DNA of 63,987 nt, filler included, from Dirinaria sp. TL-2023a (lineage: Eukaryota), in assembly GCA_051941275.1 (NCBI GenBank). It is 9 parts of 9 records of this genome, joined end to end, with 100 filler letters (N's around TTAATTAATTAA, not from the genome) between each part and the next. Parts side by side here need not be neighbours in the genome. Positions count along the whole stretch, not along the records: positions 7,232 to 14,357 come from JAVEBF010001364.1; positions 14,458 to 21,567 come from JAVEBF010001365.1; positions 21,668 to 28,769 come from JAVEBF010001366.1; 6 more parts are not named here. One strand, 5' to 3'. The first letter of the stretch is position 1. Each line of letters begins with the position of its first letter. This document shows positions 11,483 to 23,247 of this stretch, in pieces. A program made the translations under genes and the position numbers. Under the pieces are notes generated by a model. It was not told where the DNA came from. It saw only the letters and a list, made by a program, of their open reading frames with translations, and ran no database searches.

Positions 11483-14137
11483 ATGGAGGCTAGCAATGGA
11501 GGGCCAAGCCGCTCGCCGAGCGGCTCGGTCAGACGTGCACGGCAAAGGGCAGGCCAAATGGGTGACGGGCCTCGAGTTACTATCAATCCCGACCCTATCC
11601 AGATCGATCCCCAAGTACAGCAGTCTTCCGAGCCTCAATACTCGCAGTACACCCCCCGAGGCAATCGACAACCCCCGATGCCTCCAATGCCTTCAATACC
11701 TTCCGCTCACCGTCCTCCTCCAATAAACACATCAGCACCTCCTACTCAGACCAGTCCGGGCAAGAGGACCAATATCCCTTCGCCTGAATTTTCTGGAGGA
11801 AGAGGACCACCACCACAAAGACCACCGCGTCCGAACTTCCTGCCTTCCTTGATTCATCCATCACAACGTGCCCAATTCTCCGAGCAGCATCCAGAGTATT
11901 GGGAAGGCATGTCACCACATGGCCAAGATCAATTTTCCGAAAGGTATTCTAGCGGATCGAGCAGACCTACGACAGGATCTGCAAGCTCGTCTCCTGGTCC
12001 AATACCCGACTTCCCGGTACCCTCGAATCCGCCAACATCGTCTCCGACGCCTCGCCGGATACCGAATCTGGGGCCTCCACCTTCGGCTCGAAAAGGTGGA
12101 GCGACTTACTTCTCCCCGAACTCCTTCGTGGCTCCCATACCCGAAGAGCAGCCAGAGTCACATAATTCCTACGCTTCAAGTCATGCTATACCAGCCAGCT
12201 GGGGAGATGGTCCGCCTGAAAACTACTTGGATGGAGGCATAGACGAAGAGGATGAAGATGGGGTTGGAAGTAGCGGGCGTCAATCGAGGGCTGGCGATCA
12301 CGATGAATCGACTGGACTGGTCCGAAAAGTGAGCATAGGGAAAGCCGGGAAACCCGCGCTAAGGTCGATTAAGAGTGGGGAGGGTTTACACGATCCACGT
12401 TCTCCGCAAGAGCCTTCTGCCACGCCGAAAGCAGGACTGGGTGCGGTAGCTGTAGCCGCAGCTAGCGGCTCTGCAATTAGAAGTGCAACGTCCCCACGGA
12501 ATAATGAATCCAAGGGCCAGCTCTATCCTCAAGTGGAGGATACTTGTGCGTTCCCTGCACCTTTAAGACCAAGTGCCCCAGCTTCAAAAGGAGGAAGTCA
12601 GCCCACTTCTGGATCGAGAACACCTACTACGCCTTTAGATCCCAGGGTACAGCAAGTTCTTGGAGGTCTAGAGAAGGGAGGAGCACTCGCCTCGAGCGGT
12701 AGAACATCCCCGTTCAGTACTGCGACCTCGACGCTGAGTGAAAAGGGCGGAAAGCGGCCAGCAAGGCTCAATCTCGAAGTCGTGAAGGAGAATGAAGGTA
12801 CTCGAGGGAGCACAAGCAGTCTTCCAGAATTAATACGCCGAGCAACCAAGCTCGCTTCAAACCTCGATCGAGGTCGGACTGCCAGCCGATTAGGTTTCTT
12901 GAATATGCTCGAAGATAAAGAGAGAGCCCGATTTCAGTCACCACGGGGATCTCGGCCTGGCTCGATAACCGACATCCTCGCCGCCTTCCCTTCTCCCTCT
13001 CTCAAAACACCTACTGGCGACCACCCTGGCTCCCGCTGGCCTTCTCCAATGCAGAAGACTGGCCTGTCACGTACCCATACCGCAGCGCCCGGCTCGCCTA
13101 CATCGTATGACGAGAAACACCGCTCTCGTAAATGCTGTGGCATGCCTATCTGGGCTTTTGCACTGCTCACTATCATTCTCATCCTTCTGATTGCGGCGGC
13201 GGTGGTTATCCCCGTCACCTTGATCGTCCTCCCAAAGAAGAATACTAATGGCGCGAGTCCCAACCCGTCCTCGTGCAAGAGTTCCACTCCGTGCTCTAAC
13301 GGCGGGATCAACGTCCTAGTCTCCAACTCCTGCGGCTGCGTCTGTGTGAATGGATTCACAGGCTCGACTTGCACAGCACCGTCCGATTCTTATTGCACGA
13401 GCACTGATATCCCTAATGCCAACCCCGCCACAGTTTACAAAAACGCTACATTGGGCAATGCGCTGCCGCGTCTGCTCACCGCTGCGCAGTCTAATTTCAG
13501 CCTGCCACTAAGCTCGCAGAGTGTCCTCTCGAAATTCTCGGCACAAAACCTAACCTGCAACAGCGAGAACGCGCTTGTGAACTTTGATGGTTCGTCTCAA
13601 CGCCGATCTCTCCCTATCAAGCTTTCCTCTTCAGAAAAACTTCTTGAAGCTGCTGCTCCACTCCCGCTGCTCGTCCCAACGTCCACCATCTCCGCCGCTG
13701 TACATACGCTTGGCCCGCGCATAGTCTCCTCAATCATCTCCAACACTGCCACCGACACCGCCGCTTTCCCCGGCCCCACCTCCGGCGCTATCACCAGCAA
13801 TGGCATCATCCTAGCCGCCACTCCCAGTGCCTCGGCGTCCTCACCTTCGGCCTCATCATCCGGCAACAACACATCCTCCGCCCACAACGTCACACAGCAA
13901 GACCTCGACTTCGCGCGCACAGTGGTGCTCTTCATCTTCCAAGAAAAACCCCTGGACACGGCGGTCACAGCGCAGGAGAAACTGCAGCAAGCGCTGCGCG
14001 GCGTGGAGCAAGGCAAGACGGGCCCGGGCTACAATATGAGCGCCATGGATGCGGGCCAGAGCATCGTGGTCGATTTTGAACACTTTACCGTCGATTTCGG
14101 GAACGGGACGCAGTTTGGTGGCGGGCCAGGGGGGTAG
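11483..14137 (+). CDS. Intronless single-pass membrane protein: Pro-rich N-terminus, TM helix, EGF-like Cys domain, Ser/Thr-rich C-terminal region
   Basis: 884-aa ORF. RKCCGMP precedes the hydrophobic IWAFALLTIILILLIAAAVVIPVTLIVL, followed by CKSSTPCSNGG...CGCVCVNGFTGSTC. Confidence 0.85.
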   Translation: MEASNGGPSRSPSGSVRRARQRAGQMGDGPRVTINPDPIQIDPQVQQSSEPQYSQYTPRGNRQPPMPPMPSIPSAHRPPPINTSAPPTQTSPGKRTNIPSPEFSGGRGPPPQRPPRPNFLPSLIHPSQRAQFSEQHPEYWEGMSPHGQDQFSERYSSGSSRPTTGSASSSPGPIPDFPVPSNPPTSSPTPRRIPNLGPPPSARKGGATYFSPNSFVAPIPEEQPESHNSYASSHAIPASWGDGPPENYLDGGIDEEDEDGVGSSGRQSRAGDHDESTGLVRKVSIGKAGKPALRSIKSGEGLHDPRSPQEPSATPKAGLGAVAVAAASGSAIRSATSPRNNESKGQLYPQVEDTCAFPAPLRPSAPASKGGSQPTSGSRTPTTPLDPRVQQVLGGLEKGGALASSGRTSPFSTATSTLSEKGGKRPARLNLEVVKENEGTRGSTSSLPELIRRATKLASNLDRGRTASRLGFLNMLEDKERARFQSPRGSRPGSITDILAAFPSPSLKTPTGDHPGSRWPSPMQKTGLSRTHTAAPGSPTSYDEKHRSRKCCGMPIWAFALLTIILILLIAAAVVIPVTLIVLPKKNTNGASPNPSSCKSSTPCSNGGINVLVSNSCGCVCVNGFTGSTCTAPSDSYCTSTDIPNANPATVYKNATLGNALPRLLTAAQSNFSLPLSSQSVLSKFSAQNLTCNSENALVNFDGSSQRRSLPIKLSSSEKLLEAAAPLPLLVPTSTISAAVHTLGPRIVSSIISNTATDTAAFPGPTSGAITSNGIILAATPSASASSPSASSSGNNTSSAHNVTQQDLDFARTVVLFIFQEKPLDTAVTAQEKLQQALRGVEQGKTGPGYNMSAMDAGQSIVVDFEHFTVDFGNGTQFGGGPGG

Positions 14138-14470
14138 ATTGGAGAACGACTTGTTGCTCGAAAGATCGAAAAAAAAAAACCCGGGCAGAAAGGGCTTTCG
14201 ACACCGCGATTCATTCGAGTCAAGTCGACAACGGCGAATACCTGCCCTCATTTCGGGAGTATTTCACCCACCGATAGATGCTTCCACCATGTCAGGAACG
14301 GAACATCATATATACACCCACACCTGCCTCCTCGTCCTCCTCCTTGTCTAGGGCTTTNNNNNNNNNNNNNNNNNNNNNNNNNNNNNNNNNNNNNNNNNNN
14401 NTTAATTAATTAANNNNNNNNNNNNNNNNNNNNNNNNNNNNNNNNNNNNNNNNNNNNCGGCGGCAAGGGG

Positions 14471-14506
<36 letters not shown>

Positions 14507-14825
14507 CGACGGAAAAAATGGTTTGGATTAATGCCACGTATGCTTGATATTTATTCAATGCCGCTTCATGCATAAATGTCTGCGTTCATCGAGTAGAAGG
14601 AAGTTTTTCCCCCTTAATCTGTCCGTCTGTCTGTCACTTCAAACAGAATAGAACGCGTTGATCATTTGGGATATATGCATCAGAGAAAAAGTTAGTTGCG
14701 GGAGAGCCTGGGAGGATAGGGTGCGAAAATAAGGGAAGAAAATGTATGCATGTCAGTTTGAACAAAAGGATCGGAAAATAGAAAAATAAAGAAGAAGAAG
14801 AAAAGAACAAATGAGAGGATCAGAT

Positions 14826-14999
14826 TTACACCTGTTCCTGACAGTGCTGGAGGATGCCACGAAGATCGTTCACCTCGTTGAGAATCGTACGAGCTTGCTC
14901 CGGAGCGTCTCTCGTACTCTGGACGAAGTCGAAGAGCTTCTTGGAGACATGGGCGGCTGTTGAGAGGATCAAGATTGCTTTGAGGATGTTCAAAATGCA
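14826..14999 (-). CDS. Exon or fragment resembling a fungal SesA/HeLo-like N-terminal domain of STAND proteins
   Basis: Manual translation gives ILKAILILSTAAHVSKKLFDFVQSTRDAPEQARTILNEVNDLRGILQHCQEQV*. No start codon was identified. Confidence 0.5.
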   Translation of the reverse strand, partial: CILNILKAILILSTAAHVSKKLFDFVQSTRDAPEQARTILNEVNDLRGILQHCQEQV

Positions 15000-16302
15000 G
15001 AAAGTTGAGCGTTACAGACCGTGTGAAGGAACGGAGATACTATCGAGAGGAAGTTTCAGCACTCGGTCGAGAGCAAAGGATGCTGGAGAGATCGGTTTTT
15101 TTGAGTAGTGCCGCTGAGACGGAATGATCGGCGCGGAGGGTAATTTTAAGCCTATTAGAGACCTCAAGTGATGGCGCATAAGAATCTGAATGCTGCCCAT
15201 ATCCATGGAGCTTGTAATGGACAAAGCGACATTGCGGTCTGGTGCAATTATCAATACAACTACCCAATATGACGGAAGCCTCAAGAAATAACACACGAGA
15301 GGAACCCGTCATAAGAAAGCAAAGAATGTCGTTTTGCTCTGGAGGATCAATTTATTTCCGTGCTGCAATAGGTCATTCCTGACAACACCGAACCGCGGCC
15401 TGCAACCTATGACCTGCTGCAGATAGAGCACGATACGCTGACAAACAACAGAGTTAAGAGAAGCCCGCTTATCGGTTACCATCCCGATGAAGTAGCTATA
15501 AGAAGCTATGGAGGCAGCCGAAGGTGGAGATAGAAAAGGACAAGGAGTGGCTGTGAGAGCACGTCGATAAAGCAAATAGCAAAGTACTGGAGCTGAATAG
15601 CCGTCTGCCTAGACTGAGGAAAAAGAAGCGAGAAGGCGAAGCAAAGAAGAAGCGTATGGAGAGGGTGGACTAGCAAAGTGCTAAGGTTGCGGAGCAGCCA
15701 GAGCTGGTAGGACCTAAGAACCACAAGAGGAGGAAGTCACTTCGCAATTGACAACATAAAGTACTAGTAGCGTAAGCAAGCAATCGATCATTGCAGTAGC
15801 CAAGACCGAGGAGAAAAGGAGCATCGGAGCCGACGGGGAGGCGAACTCGGAGGAGGCTGCGACTGAACAGAGGTGGAGAGCGAGGAAAACCTAATTTCGT
15901 TCGATTAAACATTGGTACAGACTTTTCAAGGCTTCTTAAGAGCTAGCTCCGCTTTGGGGTTGTCTCGGGCTTTTTCCATGACCAAGCCTGTTTTCCTAGT
16001 CTTCCAATATGCATAAGCATTGATAGATTGACTGCTTTTTGAAAGCTAAGTTTATTGCCTTTTTGAGTCATTGCTCAAGGCGCAATCCCGCGGTATCTTT
16101 TATGCTAAATCACTTCATTTATTCCATTCCACTTCGGAACTGCGAGCCAAAGCTGCACCAGAAGTGAGGTCACGCAAGGCTGCAGGTGCTGCCCACAGCA
16201 TCTTGCATGTTGATATAGAGTAGCAGACCGGTTAGTATTTGATGGGCTAAACCGAGAACTGATGGCGTTGTTTAGGACACAAATCCAATTATTATGTAAA
16301 AG

Positions 16303-18633
16303 CTACTTAGTTGATGAACCCGGAGGTGAAAACTGCGTGCCTTGAGAGTATTGCGCAAAGAATGCTGGATTCAGAAAAGCCCCTGGTGGTAAATTAGGAA
16401 GTGGAGCCTGATTTGGGAAGTTGATGTGAGACTCTGGTGGGCCGTGCTGTTGATGATTCTCGTAATTGAACAGAGTAGAACTCGGTTGAACTTGTGTGTT
16501 GGTGGCGAAGGGATTTAGATAAGAATACTGGCTCGGAGGAACAGTATCGGACTGGAAAGAGTAGCTGGACTGTGTTGCAAATTGGCGGTCTTCATCAGGA
16601 ACAGGGTAATGGCTATTAACCGAACCATAATTATCATGGCCTTGGAAATTGTCTCTTCGGTCTTGATGAGACCTTGGACGGTCTCCACGACCCCGACCTC
16701 GTCCGCGGTTAGCTGAGCCACGTCTTCCAGGGTTGCCCCTATACCCATCGAAACTATTGGTTCGAGTTTCGATAGGAGCTTCGCTTCTTCCCATCATTTC
16801 ATGAAGGTTATCTGGTCTGGCGAGTGTATTGTAAGGACCATCGTTATCATGGTCATCGTAATTGATTTGCACAGTTCCGCCGTATCTCAAGGGCCCTGGT
16901 GCAGGTCTGTCACCCCTAGGCGCACATCTGCCACGGTTCCTATTACGGCCTCGGCCAGGCGCTCGTGAGAAGCCCTCAGTGGCGCCAGTACTCCCTTCCT
17001 GCCATTGTCTCTTTGCTTGCTTTATTCTTCTCTTGTATTCGGCCTCCTTTTCATCATCTGAGAACTCCATTTCATCATCCCCAACCTCCTCATCATGGAT
17101 GTTTGATGCATCAGAGCCTTTGCAGCCCCTAAGAGGTTGTGTGAAGACAGTGGTCGAAAGCTGTTCGATATAGAAAATCGGAGTTCCTCTCGATATACAG
17201 GCTTCGGCCATAGCAGTTGGATTCTCAAAGTGGACAGTGTAGTACGGTTGATCAACTCTACCCAATGTCTCTGCGATAGAACCAATGGGACTCCTGTCGC
17301 GAAGGCACAGTACCGAACCGGTCTCCAGGACCTGATATTCGCCGGAAACATTCGTATTGATCAGCGCGACATTTTCCACGAGTGCTTCAATGCTCCCAAG
17401 CTCTTTAATGCTCATATCTGGGGTCACGACCACATTAATTTTAGGTACTATCTCGTCGGGTTTCTCATTTTGTGTTCTGGGGGCCCCTGAAGGGGCTCCC
17501 ATGCCAGTTTTACTTGCCCCTTCATCATCTGAGCCTGCGTCCTCTTGCATTAGCCTACGAGCCTGCTCTTCAGGATCAAGCATAGTGTAGTCATCATCAC
17601 TGTCCTCGGATGAGGTCGTGCTGGATGAGATATCGGTTGAAGATGACAGATAAGGTGAAGAATCTATTTCAAATTCTGCACTTTCATCTGCTTTGTTGCC
17701 TTCAGCTACCTCTTCAGTCTGTATCTGCACACCTCCCTCTTCCGCTCTGTAACATTCATCCCGTTTTACTTCTTTATCTTGCTCCTGGCTGGCTGTCTGT
17801 CCTTCCCGAGCTACATTGGCATATTTTGATGCGCTGTCTTCGACTTCTCCAACGCCAGGGTTTTGTTGATTTGGCAGGCCTTGAATTTGAGGTTCATTCT
17901 CTGCAGCAGCTCCTTGAGAAAGCTGTGGCGACAATGACGCGACATTGGTGTGTCCATTGTTGGCGGCAGAGGACCTTGTTTCGCCTTCAAGCCCGACATT
18001 GAGTTCTTTCAGAAAAGGCCGAGGAGTATTACTCGATACCTTCTCGGAAACTGTTACTGGGCCCGCTTCTAAAGCTTCTATATGTTCTGTCTTCGAAGGT
18101 TCTGTTGCTTCCGACTGTTCATTGTTTCCTACTTTTTGAGCTACCTGGCTGCCAATCTGCTGGTTATCTTTTACAGCACAGTCAGCCTCTTTTTGCTCCG
18201 GGCTTGAATGTGTTAGGTCTCCCTCATTGCTTCTGGTCTCGTCCGCATAGGTTTCTAAGACATTCTGGCTGCTATGTGTGGGTGCTGTGTCCACTTCGAG
18301 TGAATTCGCTGGGTCATGGGAATGCGACACTATCGAAGCTCCCAGACCCGGCAGTTGAAATTGTTGTTTTACACCTTGTGGCTCCGAAGCTTTTTCTTGC
18401 TCTGTATTTGCAAAAATAGGTACATCAGGTGAGTGTGTTAACGGTGGGGTGTTCGACGGGGAGATCTCGTAGAGATCATCTAATTCGTCCAGAGGCGTAG
18501 CTGGATTCGAAATTTTTTCAGATAGCTGTTGCGCATAAGGCTCCGCTTCCTCTATACGAGCGCGTTTTGATGGAGACTGCTCCAAGTCCATGATCTTCAA
18601 ATTTCCTGAAACAATCGCACAATGAGCAGACAT
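16303..18633 (-). CDS. NAF1: H/ACA RNP assembly factor Naf1
   Basis: Gar1/Naf1 domain (VLETGSVLCL...IAETLGRVDQPYYTV) and KGSDASNIHDEEVGDDEMEFSDDEKEAEYK, followed by an RG-rich and Pro-rich tail. Start is 18633 or 18591. Confidence 0.9.
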   Translation of the reverse strand: MSAHCAIVSGNLKIMDLEQSPSKRARIEEAEPYAQQLSEKISNPATPLDELDDLYEISPSNTPPLTHSPDVPIFANTEQEKASEPQGVKQQFQLPGLGASIVSHSHDPANSLEVDTAPTHSSQNVLETYADETRSNEGDLTHSSPEQKEADCAVKDNQQIGSQVAQKVGNNEQSEATEPSKTEHIEALEAGPVTVSEKVSSNTPRPFLKELNVGLEGETRSSAANNGHTNVASLSPQLSQGAAAENEPQIQGLPNQQNPGVGEVEDSASKYANVAREGQTASQEQDKEVKRDECYRAEEGGVQIQTEEVAEGNKADESAEFEIDSSPYLSSSTDISSSTTSSEDSDDDYTMLDPEEQARRLMQEDAGSDDEGASKTGMGAPSGAPRTQNEKPDEIVPKINVVVTPDMSIKELGSIEALVENVALINTNVSGEYQVLETGSVLCLRDRSPIGSIAETLGRVDQPYYTVHFENPTAMAEACISRGTPIFYIEQLSTTVFTQPLRGCKGSDASNIHDEEVGDDEMEFSDDEKEAEYKRRIKQAKRQWQEGSTGATEGFSRAPGRGRNRNRGRCAPRGDRPAPGPLRYGGTVQINYDDHDNDGPYNTLARPDNLHEMMGRSEAPIETRTNSFDGYRGNPGRRGSANRGRGRGRGDRPRSHQDRRDNFQGHDNYGSVNSHYPVPDEDRQFATQSSYSFQSDTVPPSQYSYLNPFATNTQVQPSSTLFNYENHQQHGPPESHINFPNQAPLPNLPPGAFLNPAFFAQYSQGTQFSPPGSSTK

Positions 18634-18687
18634 TTAAAAGTTGAATTTCGCGCAGCTCGGGATCGTGCAAGTCGATGGGATATTTTC

Positions 18688-18700
18688 GGGGTTAGGGTTA
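18688..18700. promoter_or_regulatory. Telomere-like GGGGTTAGGGTTA motif (Tbf1/telobox-type site) in the NAF1-ALG9 divergent promoter
   Basis: Exact sequence lies in an intergenic gap under 200 bp between divergent ATGs. Confidence 0.4.
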
Positions 18701-18778
18701 CGTTTTCACCTTTACTTCGAAAAACTGGCTCTTCCATACAGGCTTTCTACATCCCATTCCATCAATCCTTACCAGACG

Positions 18779-20725
18779 ATGTCACAGAAGAAATCGAAAA
18801 AAGCCAATGGCGTTAAGTTCGCGCATGATACTGCTGGAGGGGAGGAGAAGGCCAGCTCGACGAAGGAAAAGCTGCAATTGCAGAAAAATCCCAATGCGCG
18901 ACCCAAGCCCGAGCTCCCTGCCCAGTTCATGGTGGATCCAATATCAGCATTCTACATTTTTCTAAGCGTCAACACGCTTGCGGCGCTTTACGCACCGATA
19001 CAGGACTGCGACGAAGTGTTCAACTACTGGGAGCCCACGCATTACTTGAATCGCGGCTTTGGTTTACAGACTTGGGAATACTCGCCTGACTTCGCCATAC
19101 GGAGTTGGACATATATCAGTCTCCACGCGATCGTGGGTAAGTTAGGTTCATTGTTTTCGTCTCAGACGAACTTCGAATTCTATTTCGTCCGCGCAGCTCT
19201 GGGATTGGTATGTGCACTATGCGAGACCAGGCTTTATGCAACTGTTTCTCGTATCTTAAACCCGAGACTTGGAGTCATGTGGTTACTTGTGATGGTTTTG
19301 AGCCCGGGCATGTTTCACGCCTCGGTGGCGTACCTTCCGTCAAGCTTTGCTATGTATACGGCTATGCTGGGCACTGCAGCCTTTATGGACTGGCGTGGAG
19401 GTCTGAAGACTCACCTGGGCATCATGTGGTTCGGCATTGGAGCTTTGATCGGCTGGCCTTTCTCTGCTGCGCTAGTGACGCCATTCATGCTCGAGGAGTT
19501 TGCGCTTGCCTGGTTAACCAAAGACAAGAGTGAAATTATCTGGCGTGTCCTGGATGGAACCATTAGAAGCTTAATCGTCTTGGTAAGGCTATCCCAGCTT
19601 GTAAAACCTGATCCAGCGCTCACACAGGCATTTAGGCATTGCAAGTTGCCACCGATGTCTTCTTCTACCACAAACTTGTGGTTGTACCCTGGCGTATTGT
19701 GATGTATAATGTGTTCGGTGGCGCCTTTCGTGGCCCGGACAACTTTGGGACCGAACCGTGGCATTTTTACATTCGAAATTTGGCTTTAAATTTCAATGTG
19801 TGGTTTCTGCTTGCCATGATAGCTGGACCTGTACTTGGCTTGCAATTCCTTATGCGTGGACGCTCGACGACCAAGCAGAGCCCAGTGCGCAGTATGGTAT
19901 TCGCTGCGCCTTTCTACCTGTGGCTCGCCACTTTTTCAATACAAGCACACAAGGAAGAGCGTTTCATGTATCCTGCATACCCTTTACTCGCTTTGAACGC
20001 TGCCATGGCTCTGCACAACGTGCTCGCGTATTTTGGGACATCTGATCCGAAGGTTGTAGTGGGAAAGATACCTGCAAGAGTCAAGCTTGCGTTGGTCTCC
20101 TCGTTCTTCCTCCTGGCTATAGATGCTGGAGTACTACGAACACTGGGCCTCGTCACTGCTTACCGTGCACCTTTGAAGATCTATGAGCCATTGGGACGTC
20201 CAGAATATGCTAAAACAGAGGCAAACGTGTGTCTTGGGAAAGACTGGTACCGCTTTCCTTCATCTTATTTCCTACCTTGGGGGATGCGTGCAAAATTTGT
20301 CAAAAGTGAATTCGATGGCCTCCTGCCGGGTCAGTACAATGAAGCCGAGATTGGCTTCGGCTTTTTCCCTGGAACCTGGCTTGTACCGCCCGGGATGAAT
20401 GACCAGAATATCGAGGATCCTGGCAAATACGTAAAGCATCCTGACCTTGAGATTGAGCATTGCTAATCATGCCCAGACTGACATCGAGCACTGCTCGTTC
20501 CTCGTAGACTCGGAGTTTCCGGAGTTGCAGCCGTCTACACTTGAGCCCAATTATATCTCCGACTCCAACACATGGGAGGTATTGGAGTGCAGTCCCTTTT
20601 TGGATACGTCTCGCACCAACATTGTTGGACGTATTTTCTGGGTACCGGACTGGAAGATCATACCCTCGCGATTGCGCAGACAGTGGGGTCGCCATTGTTT
20701 GTTGAAACGGCGCATCGCGCCTTGA
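18779..20725 (+). CDS. ALG9: Alpha-1,2-mannosyltransferase Alg9 (GT22)
   Basis: Contains IQDCDEVFNYWEPTHYL, QTWEYSPDFAIRSW, HKEERFMYPAYP and CLGKDWYRFPSSYFLP. Two introns, at about 19583-19636 and 20431-20477. Confidence 0.93.
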
Positions 20726-21453
20726 TAGTAAGGACGACTGGCAGCTCTGTCTTCCGTCATAGCACTGCGAATATACTTGTCAAGCTTCAGTCAGAGAGCC
20801 GGCTAGCTCAAATTTCGCAGATATTCGCCGGTCACGGGATCAGGTCCAAGGTCGAAGTCTGCTCTTATTACAGCACAACGTTCGAACACTTTGACCGGCA
20901 CGAACACCAAATGTTTTATAGCAGAAGCACACAGAGGGGCCGAATCGGCAAAGACCTTCCTTTGATCCGCAATGGTGCTGTTTGAGTCCCGCATACGACC
21001 TGGTGGGACTAAAAGAAGCCTCCTGAGGTATATCTCAGGGACCTGGCGCAGGCTGGAGACAAGGTATATTTGCTGTTAAAGGCCGAGCACAGAAGAAGTA
21101 AAACGGTCCAGGAGTTGTGGGGATTTAGGTTGGCCTGTAGGAACTATGCCAGCTTAGGGCAGGCGATCCGGCAAAAGATAAGATAAAGCGGCCAAGAAAA
21201 AGGGATTGACGAATCACTGGGCGCCCAACCCCACACCACTAAAGAGAGGGGAGAGAGAGAGAGAGAGATCACCGTCGTCAATTTTCTGAGTCCATCCATC
21301 GCAAGCCTTTTTCATACTTTGATTTTTGAGCTTGTAAGCGCTCAAGTACATGGTCTCTCTTGTGCATCTCTACAAAGCTTACCGCTGTTCCTCAAAAAGT
21401 CTGCGTCTCGTCTTTCGTGTTCAAAATCTGGCTGTGCTGGCTACAACAACAAA

Positions 21454-21567
21454 ATGACTCCCACACTCACCCACTGCTCCCACCTCCTGACCTCGCACCT
21501 CAAAGAAACAATCTACATCTCCCTCCTGCTACTCCTGCTCATAACCTACCTCCTGCGCCGCAAACTC
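21454..21567 (+). CDS. 5' end of a signal-anchored protein (possibly cytochrome P450), truncated
   Basis: ATG in a CAAAATG context, then hydrophobic IYISLLLLLLITYLL followed by RRKL. Confidence 0.35.
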
Positions 21568-21667
21568 NNNNNNNNNNNNNNNNNNNNNNNNNNNNNNNNN
21601 NNNNNNNNNNNTTAATTAATTAANNNNNNNNNNNNNNNNNNNNNNNNNNNNNNNNNNNNNNNNNNNN

Positions 21668-22821
21668 GCCACGAGCAGTGAACCTTTTAATGGGTGTTTG
21701 GATGTAATCTACGTTTTCGGCGCAGAGAGCTTCCAGGTACCCGGGCCCAGGGGTCAGTCGACGACAATTGGGAGAGAAATCTGGAAGGAGGTTCTCGATG
21801 AGCTCCGGCTTTCGTTGCAAGCGCTTCGTCATAAGCTGGATGATATCCTCCCTCAGCTGATTGTTTGCCTTGGATCCTCGAATCTGCGAGTGGAATCTCC
21901 GCCAGTACTTCCCTTCGACTTCTTTTCTCGCTTTTAAGAGAGCCTCTTGGGATCGGAATATCTCGGGATCGAGAGCCTTAGGAGCGGCGGTTCGCTCGTC
22001 CCCTCCAAACGAGCTGGCGATCCAAGTTTTACTTCGAGCGTAGTGATCAACATGACGAGCGACCTTCTGTAATTCGGGAACTACTTGAATGCCGCTCGCT
22101 CCATTCCCTATCACAGCGACACTTTTGTCGGCTGCCTCGAAGTTGGCATCCCAATTCGAGGTATGTCGAACCAAGCCTTGGTAATCTTCTATTCCCAGGA
22201 TCTGCGGTAATCTCCAAGCACTGAAACGGCCTATTGCTGTCACTACAAAGTCTGCCGTTTCGTGAGAGATCTCAGAAGATTGAACGTCACGGACGGTTAC
22301 ACGCCATACGGAGCCGGCGTCATCCCATTCCAATTTTTCGACCCGACGCCCTGCCTTCAAATAGCGGTAGACATCATACTTTCGAGCCAAGTTCTGCCAG
22401 TAATTTCTTATCTCGGCACCTCGAGCAAATTCCTCCGTCCATTTATTGTTTGGCGCAAAAGTACTTTGGTATACAAGCGCTGGTATATCACAACGGACTC
22501 CTGGATAGATGTTCTCGAACCATGTACCACCCTAATAAGCATCCCATCGGTACATGTGAGTCACACCTATCTCTATGATGTAGCTCCGAGCAGACTTACG
22601 ACGTCAGCGTTCTTTTCAAGGATTGTCAATTCGATTCCAGGGACTTTGATCGGTAGAAGAATGCCAGCAAGAATACCCGACAATCCTGCACCAATCACAA
22701 TGACTCTTAGTTTTCGTCCCTCGTCTATGGGGTGGTCCTCGAGCTGAAATCCTGTTGCAGGAATAGATCCTGAATCGTATCCATTGACCTCCTGCGTTTT
22801 TCCATGTTGCTTTCGAGTCAT
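21668..22821 (-). CDS. Flavin-dependent monooxygenase, Baeyer-Villiger/StcW-like (3' truncated)
   Basis: Contains VIVIGAGLSG, GGTWFENIYPGVRCDIP, YQGLVRHTSNWD, VAVIGNGASG and PNCRRLTPGPGYLEAL. One intron at about 22532-22599. Confidence 0.9.
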
Positions 22822-23247
22822 ATTCTATGGTAGGATGGTTTTGGCACTTTTAATGAAGTGAGTAAAGGGGATAGATTCGTAGCGTCAAGTTGGCGACTGC
22901 ATAGCGACTGCTTCTAAGTTGTTGTGGCGTCATGAAACATGGAGCACAAGATAAGCCACTCCTCAAGCGCCTCAACAACAAACGACCCCGCACTATTAAT
23001 GCTTAGATTGCAGGTTGAATTTCGCATGTGTGTGAGCACGTTGCTGATCGTCATTATGGCGTTATCCTCTTAGCGTGCACGAGATATGTACCGACCTATA
23101 AACGGCAAAACCATAATTTTCCGCTATCTAACGCTCTAATAAGTCCTTGAAGCTTTGTAGTATTCCAGAACAAGACTGAGTTTGATAGCAGTTAGATCGC
23201 TGGCACGCAACATTGCTCTATTCCGTGTGACAGGGATTCGAAGTGAC

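Noticed and set aside
14472..14506. Poly-T, (GA)n at about 21251, (TACG)n at about 36735 and (CAGAGC)n at about 56849
   Set aside because: Ordinary simple repeats.
21454..22821. P450-like start as part of the BVMO cluster
   Set aside because: Separated by a linker, so on different contigs.
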